Positions 47,606 to 55,257 of a DNA stretch of 64,000 bases are shown piece by piece; position 1 is the stretch's first letter, and every line of letters starts with the position of its first letter. The notes under the pieces were generated by a model, which had not been told where the DNA came from, searched no databases, and saw only the letters and a program-made list of their open reading frames with translations. Source of the stretch: a virus. Its lineage: Duplodnaviria > Caudoviricetes. The translations under genes were made by a program, and so were the position numbers. The DNA lies in the IMG/VR virus record IMGVR_UViG_3300021256_000078, positions 1-64,000 of that record, one strand, 5' to 3'.

Positions 47606-47935
47606 TTACTCATTTTTGGTGCTTGCACGATACTGTTCCATGGCAGCTGTATACTTCGAGTACTCTTCATTGTACAGATCTTTAAGTTCTTCGTGTTTTT
47701 TCTGGCAACATTTTGCTTCTGCAAGTGCCTTATCGAATTTTTCGGTTGAGTCATAGTATGCGTGTATCGATGCATTTGCAATTTTTCTCATGGCTTTATA
47801 CCTGATGCTTTCGATTTCGGCCCTCAGAACGCATTTTGCCTGCTTTTTAAGGTTTTTAAATTCTTCTTTCCAGATAATTCGTGATCTGTTCCAATGGACG
47901 TTCGCTATTTCTCGATAGTTTTCCATTCGTTTCAC
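47606..47935 (-). CDS. cassette ORF, coiled-coil
   Basis: promoter at 47948. Confidence 0.65.
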   Translation of the reverse strand: MKRMENYREIANVHWNRSRIIWKEEFKNLKKQAKCVLRAEIESIRYKAMRKIANASIHAYYDSTEKFDKALAEAKCCQKKHEELKDLYNEEYSKYTAAMEQYRASTKNE

Positions 47936-48072
47936 ACCTCCTTTCTACCATAAAAGCTGTAAAAAATGCGAAAATGTCAATAAAAAATGCTTGCAGGAGC
48001 GAATGGAAATTCTTCAGATGAACCAATCATCATTCAGAACTCACAGAATCGCTCCTACAAGCACTGTTTTCC

Positions 48073-48324
48073 TTATAATCTTGTACTTTTGTAGACATCA
48101 TCGTTTCGAATCGCATGGTACAGATCTCCGACCGCGTACAGGGGCCATAATCCAGAGATAATGAAATTTGCTACAATGATACCTGCGGCATATGGGATAA
48201 GGCGATCTCCCTGGTGCCTTCGGTCTATGTTGTAGTGCTTCTTGAGATAATCCCAACTAAAAATCAGATCATACAGAAACGATAGCCCCCATCCAATAAA
48301 GTACAAAATCCATGAAACACTCAT
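48073..48324 (-). CDS. membrane protein
   Basis: two hydrophobic segments. Confidence 0.6.
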   Translation of the reverse strand: MSVSWILYFIGWGLSFLYDLIFSWDYLKKHYNIDRRHQGDRLIPYAAGIIVANFIISGLWPLYAVGDLYHAIRNDDVYKSTRL

Positions 48325-48343
48325 AGTTCATTCCTTTCATATA

Positions 48344-48760
48344 TCAAAATAGTTCCGGCATCACCTCCTTCATACTCACATAGTCATGTGGCGTAAATAT
48401 AAAGTGATCCAGAACACGAATACCGAGCATCCTGCCGGCTTCAATAATTACCTTCGTTGCAGAAATATCCTCAGTTGACGGATATGCCGTGCCTCCCGGG
48501 TGGTTGTGGCAGATAATAATGGAAACGGCATTCTGCAGAAGTGCAGTCTTGAACATTGTGCTGACCGGGAAGTGCGTCGCGTTCGTATCTCCGATTCCGA
48601 CCATATGGTAACTGATTGGTTTCCCACTGGACGTTACGTTCACGACATAAACATATTCCCGGTCAAAGTCGGCAAACTGCTCTTTTAGGATCCTTGCGGC
48701 GTCAAAGGTATTTCTGATCGGCTCTCTTGCATAAACGGCATTAATCTCTTCGATGTACAT
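48344..48760 (-). CDS. RadC-like JAB domain protein
   Basis: E...HNHPGG...PS.ED...LGIRVLDH. Confidence 0.8.
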   Translation of the reverse strand: MYIEEINAVYAREPIRNTFDAARILKEQFADFDREYVYVVNVTSSGKPISYHMVGIGDTNATHFPVSTMFKTALLQNAVSIIICHNHPGGTAYPSTEDISATKVIIEAGRMLGIRVLDHFIFTPHDYVSMKEVMPELF

Positions 48761-48794
48761 CCGGACATGAACTTCCGGAATTCTGGATTCATCC

Positions 48795-49112
48795 TTAGTC
48801 CGTGGTCCTCAAAAAATAGCTCATATCATCGTCCTTGAGGTTTTCCATGGCCCAGAGATCGGCCTTCTCCCAAAGACTCTGATATAGTTTGCTGTATGCT
48901 TCATTGAATTCGTTCCAGTACCAGATCTTCCAGTTCAGAACCATGACCAGTTCCGTGAGGTATACGACATTATCTTTCCAGCCTTCAAAGGCCCGATCGA
49001 ACGTATTCGTAATGGATGCCTCACCGAAAATATCAGCGGTACTGAAATCTTCCCAGAAGCTTGTCTGAGGTTCCAGACCGGTCATTTCGCACATGTTCTC
49101 GAAAAAGCTCAT
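48795..49112 (-). CDS. hypothetical phage protein
   Basis: TAATG coupling, 105 aa. Confidence 0.7.
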   Translation of the reverse strand: MSFFENMCEMTGLEPQTSFWEDFSTADIFGEASITNTFDRAFEGWKDNVVYLTELVMVLNWKIWYWNEFNEAYSKLYQSLWEKADLWAMENLKDDDMSYFLRTTD

Positions 49113-49507
49113 TATATCGATTCTCCAAAGATTTCACGAAAGAGTCCACGTTCCATCAGAACAGAATCCTGACCGGAATAATCGTTGACAAAAAGCTTCT
49201 CAGCAGCAGACTTCTTAAGGACAGCCCAGGACCCTGTCGGATAAATCCCATTTTGGATTTCGACAATATTCTCATGGATCGGCTCCTGAGTAACTTCGAT
49301 AACTGTTACACCGAGACACATCTGTTCCAAACAGCTGTCGCAGGGTTCATAATCTAGGATACAACGTTTGGGAGCTTCAAGGTCCTCACCCCTACCGCCA
49401 AGTTTTCCGAGAAGTGCAATCTCGTTCTTTTCCTGGCCACACCAGAAACAGACCGGAATGCTTGGATTAACACCATACTTTTTAGAGAGACGAATAGAAT
49501 TACTTAT
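49112..49507 (-). CDS. zinc-binding hypothetical protein with ATA start
   Basis: frame open from ATA at 49507 (GAAAGGA SD 9 nt upstream), CFWC...CDSC. Confidence 0.5.
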   Translation of the reverse strand: MSNSIRLSKKYGVNPSIPVCFWCGQEKNEIALLGKLGGRGEDLEAPKRCILDYEPCDSCLEQMCLGVTVIEVTQEPIHENIVEIQNGIYPTGSWAVLKKSAAEKLFVNDYSGQDSVLMERGLFREIFGESI

Positions 49508-49951
49508 AGTACATCATCCTTTCTTTTATTAATAATTATTTATGGTTTAGGCATAGCACTCACCTCAAATATAATTAGATTTGTCTAACTCTTTCCGAAA
49601 CGTAAAGCCTCTAACGCTTCACGCCCTCCATTGTCATAAACCTCAAGTAAGTGAATGGCAGTTCTCAGCGCAATCAGACATTCGAGAATGCTCTCTGCAC
49701 CTTCGATGTTCTTGAGCTGCTGATAGAGTTCAGGCCACACTTCCTTAAGGGCGTCTTCGAACATGGATTCGTCGTAGTTGTTGCCGCATTCCTCCTTTAA
49801 TAATATTTGTATCGGTCGGCTAATGAACGACTTACTATATAAAAATAAACCATGACGAAAATGATCTGGTCATGATTGCACAGCGAATAATTGGTGATGA
49901 TTTGATTTTTGGTCCCATTTCATTCCCGCCATGGTTTATTGACAAAAAAGT

Positions 49952-50182
49952 CGTGTGCACTTTCGTGTGCATTATTTTCTTTCACGTGTGCATTTTTCGT
50001 TTCAACCCTAATAAATATCTTTCAACTGTGAAACCGGTAAACCACCAGTAAAACTTAAGAGGCCCAGTATTTACTGAGCCTCTCAAATGGTGGAGATGAG
50101 GGGAGTTGAACCCAGTAAAATTACCCCTCAAACTACTAGCAATTACTGGCTTTCTTGAAAACCGTGTGCACTGTCGTGTGCA
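49952..50182. mobile_element. intact attP with ssrA(tmRNA)-3'-end core
   Basis: core 50088-50113 reads GGGTTCAACTCCCCTCATCTCCACCA on minus; CGTGTGCA arm repeats at 49952, 49964, 49985, 50163, 50175; replacement terminator at 50059-50083. Confidence 0.8.
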
Positions 50183-51219
50183 TTTTTGAATAGTTCTTCC
50201 ATTTTTTCGTTGATGACATCCGCAAACTGGTCTTCTTTGTCACGCATCACATGCTGATAAACAGTCTTGAGCATGTTGTCAGTTTTATGCCCCATCCGTT
50301 TCATGGAATACTTGTCAGGAACTCCTAAGCTGTGAGATTCACTAGCCGCAAAGTGTCTGAGATCGTGAAATCTGCATGGCTTAACCCCAACCTTTTCACA
50401 GATTCTCTGAAAGCCTTTGTAGATCGCAGCTCCGGTCATAGGACAAATATAATCGTTTTCAGATGCTCTTGGAAGCGCATCGATCTTTACAATCAGCGTT
50501 TCCGGAACCTTGATCCAACGATCTCCAGACACACTTTTGGTTGCCTTCAGGGTTTCTCCTTCTTCACCGGTCACTATGGCTCTCTGAATGTGAACCCGGC
50601 CATCCGAAATATCACTGAATCTCAGTCCTTTAATTTCACTGAGCCTGAGTCCAAGCCAGGAAGCAAGCAGAATCGGAATCTCATATCTGGTTCCTTCTGC
50701 TCCCTTCCAGACAGCCTGCATCTGTTCTTCGGTAAATATCATGGCTTCTTTAGGCTTTTTCTGCGGGAGTCTCGTAATGAGAACGAACTGAGGCCTGTAT
50801 ACCCGAAGCACTGCGCTTAGAAATCCATGGGCATTTCGAATGGTTTTTGGACTGACACCTCTCGCAATATCAGTTCCGATGGCACACTGAATATCTTCCT
50901 GCGTCAGATCCGAAATCTTGATGCCTTTCAGATCTTGAAGTAGGTTTTTCCGAATTCTCTTATACCCGAGAACCGTGGATGGTGACAAAGCTTCCTTCTT
51001 ACTTTCAATGTACTGGTCCATTGCCTTTCCGACAGTCAACGGAGTTTTCTTTTCGGTTTCTATTCCTCTCAGAATATCAAGATACTTTTCCTCTGCTTTT
51101 TCGATGACGACTACCTTGTCTTCATCGGTTACAGAGTATCTTGTTCCATCAACCTGAAACTGAATTCTCCAATTTCCTGACGGGAGTTTTTTCGGTTTTG
51201 GAAGTTTGACCTTAGGCAA
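50143..51219 (-). CDS. int: tyrosine integrase
   Basis: GLRLSEI, K, FHDLRH, MGH, VYQH catalytic set; N-terminal arm-binding domain. Confidence 0.9.
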   Translation of the reverse strand: MPKVKLPKPKKLPSGNWRIQFQVDGTRYSVTDEDKVVVIEKAEEKYLDILRGIETEKKTPLTVGKAMDQYIESKKEALSPSTVLGYKRIRKNLLQDLKGIKISDLTQEDIQCAIGTDIARGVSPKTIRNAHGFLSAVLRVYRPQFVLITRLPQKKPKEAMIFTEEQMQAVWKGAEGTRYEIPILLASWLGLRLSEIKGLRFSDISDGRVHIQRAIVTGEEGETLKATKSVSGDRWIKVPETLIVKIDALPRASENDYICPMTGAAIYKGFQRICEKVGVKPCRFHDLRHFAASESHSLGVPDKYSMKRMGHKTDNMLKTVYQHVMRDKEDQFADVINEKMEELFKNAHDSAHGFQESQ

Positions 51220-51260
51220 AGAAACCAGTCCTTAAATGAAATATCATTCTGAATTGTACT

Positions 51261-51575
51261 TCATTCCTGCGGATTTGTCAAACCCTGTTTCTTCTCATAG
51301 TATTCTTTGAGGGCAGTTGCGTAGTCCTGCTTATCGGGAACAGCAGGAAAGATTGTTCCGAAAACCTTGTATTGAGCAAAGGTCTCTTTGTCGCGATCTG
51401 CCATCTCAAGAATTTGCTTTATGACAACGTAGGCCGATTCGATTTGAACAGGATCATTCACTTTAAAGTCAATCTCGTTCGTAATTGAGTCGATCAGTTG
51501 CTCAGAACGACGGTCAATGGAGTCACAGATGGCTTGATATACCCGCTGGTCTTCACCCAACGTCTTGAATATCAT
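51261..51575 (-). CDS. hypothetical protein
   Basis: ATGA coupling with upstream gene. Confidence 0.65.
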   Translation of the reverse strand: MIFKTLGEDQRVYQAICDSIDRRSEQLIDSITNEIDFKVNDPVQIESAYVVIKQILEMADRDKETFAQYKVFGTIFPAVPDKQDYATALKEYYEKKQGLTNPQE

Positions 51576-52066
51576 TCTGTGGTCTCCTTTACGGTCTGGA
51601 CCTCAACGCCGGTGTCATCACTCTGTACTTCGGCCTCTGAAGGAATGAACCGCAATTTAACCTTCACATCTGAGAGATCAAGCGGTTCCTTCATATACTG
51701 ATTCTCGACAGCATAGTTCAGAACGGACTTCAGGAAATAAAATGCGTTCTTGACAGTCTTTTCGGATTTTCCGGAGCTGAGTTCGTCCCAAATGGCTTCC
51801 TGGATCAGTGTCGGTGTCAGGCTGCTGAGTCTGTGATACCGGATTCCCTGAAAATACTTGCTCTGATAGTTCTTGTAGGTTTTGACAGTGTTCTCGGACT
51901 TGGTCTCCCGACAGGCGTAAATATAATAGTCCATGACGTAGTCCAGTAAGCAGTAGTCTGCAGGATCCTCTTCGACTTTCTGCTGGAGTTCGGTTGAATA
52001 GCTGAATGTTTCCTTGAAGAAGTTTCTGATCTTCTTGAATGCTGCAAAAACTTTAGTGAGTGACAT
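51572..52066 (-). CDS. stand-alone integrase core-binding (SAM-like) domain protein
   Basis: SENTVKTY...LSSLTPTLIQ...GKSEKTVKNA...LKSVLNYA; no catalytic domain. Confidence 0.65.
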   Translation of the reverse strand: MSLTKVFAAFKKIRNFFKETFSYSTELQQKVEEDPADYCLLDYVMDYYIYACRETKSENTVKTYKNYQSKYFQGIRYHRLSSLTPTLIQEAIWDELSSGKSEKTVKNAFYFLKSVLNYAVENQYMKEPLDLSDVKVKLRFIPSEAEVQSDDTGVEVQTVKETTE

Positions 52067-52180
52067 TTTCTTTTTCTCCTTTATTATAATAGTAGTCATC
52101 GCCTGTTAATTAGGCCTTTAATCTAGTAGGTGCTATCAACGACAAACGGGCCTTTCATCTGATGCATTACAGTAGCCCTT

Positions 52181-52378
52181 TTAATTTAGGTAGGCATTAT
52201 CGACACCCAGAAGAATATTCATGTCAAACGGTGTCAATAAACCTCTTTTGTGCATTGCATCTTGAAAAGCGGCATATGCTATAGCTTCACGTTCTCTTTT
52301 CGATGGCGGTTTTGGCTTCGGTGGGATTTCACCGTTTTTAGCAGCAATCGCTGTCGGATTATACTTATGTTGACCCAT
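52181..52378 (-). CDS. hypothetical protein
   Basis: GAGG SD before MGQHKY. Confidence 0.55.
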   Translation of the reverse strand: MGQHKYNPTAIAAKNGEIPPKPKPPSKREREAIAYAAFQDAMHKRGLLTPFDMNILLGVDNAYLN

Positions 52379-52409
52379 TATAGTCGACCTCTTCCTCGCT
52401 GTACCACTA

Positions 52410-53138
52410 TTAATAACGAACCCGTCTGGCATAACCGTCAACTCCGAATTCGTTTGTCAAATAAATACCCTGAGGTGTCAGCTCTGCAAATCTATAGCTT
52501 ACATCCCAGGGCTTTGAGGTTTCGTGGTGCCAAGTCCAAATCTCTTCTCTGACAATGTCATAGTATTCAGTAAGGACCGGATTGTTTTCAGAATATCCGA
52601 GAAACTGCGCTTCCTGAGCGACAATGGAATTGAAATCGTTAACTCCGCCACCAAAGTCCACTCTGTCACACATGCAGCGGATATAGGTCCTGATGTCCCG
52701 TTCACTGTATCCGTATTTGTCGATAAAGTTCCGGATACCGTAAATGGCCTTTGCTCCGTCTTTGGCTTCCTTGTCGATAATGGCTTCCTCCGTCTTAAGA
52801 GCTGCTTCAGCCTGAGCCGCGATCTCTTTGGCCTTGGCATCCTGATTAGCCTGATAGTCAGCAAGGGCAGTTGCCGCGAAAGCTTCCGCAATCCGATTGG
52901 TCCGAATATCAAGGGCCCAGGAGACAAGTGACGCGATAAGCAGGATGACCATCAGAATGGCAAATGCTCTGGTCAGTGGCAGAACCCAGGGATGCTTGTG
53001 GTCCAGCCTCTGAATTTCGTCGTTGTATTCCTTGGTAAGGTCCTGAAGGATTTCCAGGTTGGTTCTCTTTTTATATTCTTTGACTGCCTTTGGTCTTTCC
53101 GCCTTTTTCGGCATGTAAATTCTCATCGTTTCGTCCAT
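52410..53138 (-). CDS. membrane-anchored hypothetical protein
   Basis: one TM helix, AAGGAG SD. Confidence 0.65.
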   Translation of the reverse strand: MDETMRIYMPKKAERPKAVKEYKKRTNLEILQDLTKEYNDEIQRLDHKHPWVLPLTRAFAILMVILLIASLVSWALDIRTNRIAEAFAATALADYQANQDAKAKEIAAQAEAALKTEEAIIDKEAKDGAKAIYGIRNFIDKYGYSERDIRTYIRCMCDRVDFGGGVNDFNSIVAQEAQFLGYSENNPVLTEYYDIVREEIWTWHHETSKPWDVSYRFAELTPQGIYLTNEFGVDGYARRVRY

Positions 53139-53748
53139 TGTGAATAGATTCTCCTTCCATTTTGATTTTGTCGAATAACTTGAAAACCTTATTGATGTCA
53201 TGGCGCTTCTTTCGGTTCTTCGCCGCATAATAGTATTTTCGATCCTGCTTTGACGACTTAGGAAGTTTTCGATAGTCTTCTTGAATAATCCGCTTGTTCT
53301 TGTCGTGAGCCAGGATATAGTTCAGAATGCTTTCGAAAGACTCCTGGGGTGCTACATCTTTCTGCCTGTGAAATCTTCCCTTCACAAGTTCCTTTGGGTT
53401 CAGATCAGGATCAAAGTGGTCACGTCCGAATGAGTTCATGTGATATAAACGCCAAAGTCTATCCTCCTTTCCGTAAACTGCTTTCCAGAATCCAATACTT
53501 GTTTTCACACAGATCGAATTGGAAAACTTGTCGAACATGCAGTCGAGTTTTTCTATAGTTCGGTAATAGTATGCGATGCCGGGTGGTCTCTGACAAAAAC
53601 TGCAGGGCTTGTAGCCTTGTTTTCTGAGTTCTCTGAAGTTACTTGTCTGCCATTTATTGTCGCTCTTGATATTTTTGGCATAGGGACACCAGCTGTCGTG
53701 ATAAATCTTCTTATCCTTGCTGACGACCCTGCCATATTTGTGTCTCAT
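53071..53748 (-). CDS. protein with Ada-like zinc-binding N-terminus
   Basis: IYH..WC...GYKPCSFC. Confidence 0.6.
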   Translation of the reverse strand: MRHKYGRVVSKDKKIYHDSWCPYAKNIKSDNKWQTSNFRELRKQGYKPCSFCQRPPGIAYYYRTIEKLDCMFDKFSNSICVKTSIGFWKAVYGKEDRLWRLYHMNSFGRDHFDPDLNPKELVKGRFHRQKDVAPQESFESILNYILAHDKNKRIIQEDYRKLPKSSKQDRKYYYAAKNRKKRHDINKVFKLFDKIKMEGESIHNGRNDENLHAEKGGKTKGSQRI

Positions 53749-53819
53749 AGTTCCATCACCTCCTTTCAGATAAAAGAAAAGAGAGCCGCTGTATAAACGA
53801 CTCTCATTTCATCCTCTTT

Positions 53820-53936
53820 CTACTTTCCAATCAGAAAAGTATCAATATACGCCTCCCCTCCAGTTGAATTCCACATGTTCCAGGCAATTCCTCCTTTACA
53901 CATATAATCCAATACCTTTTTGAGTATTGCTAACAT
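53820..53936 (-). CDS. 38-aa cassette ORF (not in ORF track)
   Basis: promoter at 53980, AAGGAG SD, terminator at about 53775-53805. Confidence 0.5.
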   Translation of the reverse strand: MLAILKKVLDYMCKGGIAWNMWNSTGGEAYIDTFLIGK

Positions 53937-53979
53937 AATTGATGCTCCTTCCTATAAGTAAAGTTTATTGTGTTCTCTA

Positions 53980-54083
53980 CTATAGAAAATGTAAAAATTA
54001 CGAATTTACCAAAATATGTTCTAAAAACAAAAAGAAAGGGCCACTGAATTCCCTTTCCACTATAGGAATTGTAAATTTTACGA
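53980..54083 (-). promoter_or_regulatory. two phage promoters; the copy at 54060 is followed only by a hairpin and U-tract
   Basis: copies at 53980 and 54060; GAAAGGG/CCCTTTC hairpin at 54034-54057. Confidence 0.7.
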
Positions 54084-54194
54084 GGCATTTACAATTGATA
54101 GCCTTTCAGTTCTGAAATATCTCTTTCAATTTTGAAAGTTTTATGTTAGAATTGCCCGGATCTTTCAAAAAATATAAGACGCTGTAAAACAAAC

Positions 54195-54253
54195 GAAGAG
54201 ACCGGAAAGTCCTTACGGATCCCAAAGGATTCATAAAGCTTTTCGGTCTCTTC
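54195..54253 (-). terminator. long hairpin ending the tail/lysis operon
   Basis: GAAGAGACCG...CGGTCTCTTC inverted repeat. Confidence 0.6.
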
Positions 54254-54271
54254 ATGCTTATGCGTGCTTAG

Positions 54272-54736
54272 TTACGGCAATTTTCCGATCAGTTTGAACA
54301 CTGCCATGTAGTTTTCGGCACCCTCCCGATCGACACAGCCCACACACGCGATATCAGTCGGGAGCCTGAGATACACTCCTGCCCCATCCAGCTGGTAGCC
54401 ATGCCGCAGAACCCTTACTCTTGCAACATAAAGGCATCTGTACTGCAGGGTTTCGTTCGGCATAATCATGAACGCAGTGTCATCCGGACGGCATTTCCAG
54501 ATATCCCAGCTTCCTTTTCCGGCATTGCTCTTGGATTCAGCATGATCGGCGATAAGTTTTCCGACACCGAAGTTCTGAATGGATGCCGCATTTTCCGTAT
54601 CGACAATCTTCTGAACCGTATAGCCGTTTGCCTTATATACCGGAATAGAAACGTTAAGCTCCGGAAGTTGCCAAACGCCATATGCTCCGATCGGAACTTC
54701 AGTCGTTCTCGGAATAGCAAAAACCGACGGATTCAT
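54272..54736 (-). CDS. sortase-fold-like protein
   Basis: LPELNVSIPVY, LIADH and IACVGC resemble sortase motifs. Confidence 0.4.
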   Translation of the reverse strand: MNPSVFAIPRTTEVPIGAYGVWQLPELNVSIPVYKANGYTVQKIVDTENAASIQNFGVGKLIADHAESKSNAGKGSWDIWKCRPDDTAFMIMPNETLQYRCLYVARVRVLRHGYQLDGAGVYLRLPTDIACVGCVDREGAENYMAVFKLIGKLP

Positions 54737-54748
54737 AGAAATTGCTTA

Positions 54749-55009
54749 TTATCCTTCGGTATTTTCCGGTTCAGGAGTCGGCTCCGGAGTGTGTTCGGGC
54801 TGTGCCTCGTGATGAATGAACTCCTTGTAGCCTTCAACCGCGTCAAGCTGCTCATCCGCAATCATGACATAGCCGGTGAGAACATCAGGGGCATTCCAGA
54901 GGGTCTGGCAGAGGCCGTGGAACTGAGTTTTTGCCTGTGCAATATCAGTGATACCCTCTGCATGCACAAAGAAGTTACCATTGATAACTTTAATAATAGA
55001 ATATTTCAT
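54749..55009 (-). CDS. hypothetical protein
   Basis: AGGAGG SD, PE-rich tail. Confidence 0.7.
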   Translation of the reverse strand: MKYSIIKVINGNFFVHAEGITDIAQAKTQFHGLCQTLWNAPDVLTGYVMIADEQLDAVEGYKEFIHHEAQPEHTPEPTPEPENTEG

Positions 55010-55257
55010 TGATTTGTCCTCCTAATTAAGAATTGGCGATCGCCTGAGCAATCTTATTGTTGATATAAAGTTTGGTATCCTTCGGAGCTATGACTTCAGC
55101 ATTATCTGTTAATAGGCTTTAACATCACCATCACCAAGGATTTGCCATCCATGTAAAGGCATCCATTAATAATTTCTCCTTTAGTGTGTATTATTGTATT
55201 CTAAATAGGCCGTTAAGTGACGTAAGATTGATTGCAAACTGTGGCATAAAGTGCCAT

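Larger units (their letters stand above)
40203..47972 (-). promoter_or_regulatory. 15 phage promoters heading a dense cassette array
   Basis: copies at about 40203, 41535, 41846, 42455, 42697, 42956, 43314, 43662, 44140, 44663, 45327, 45603, 45922, 46784 and 47948. Confidence 0.75.

Noticed and set aside
18524-47972. True integron with attC sites
   Set aside because: No attC-like RYYYAAC/GTTRRRY structures are seen, cassettes carry their own promoters, and the integrase has a standard attP with arm sites
50088-50113. Complete tmRNA or tRNA gene
   Set aside because: Only the 3' 26 nt are present; it is the attP core
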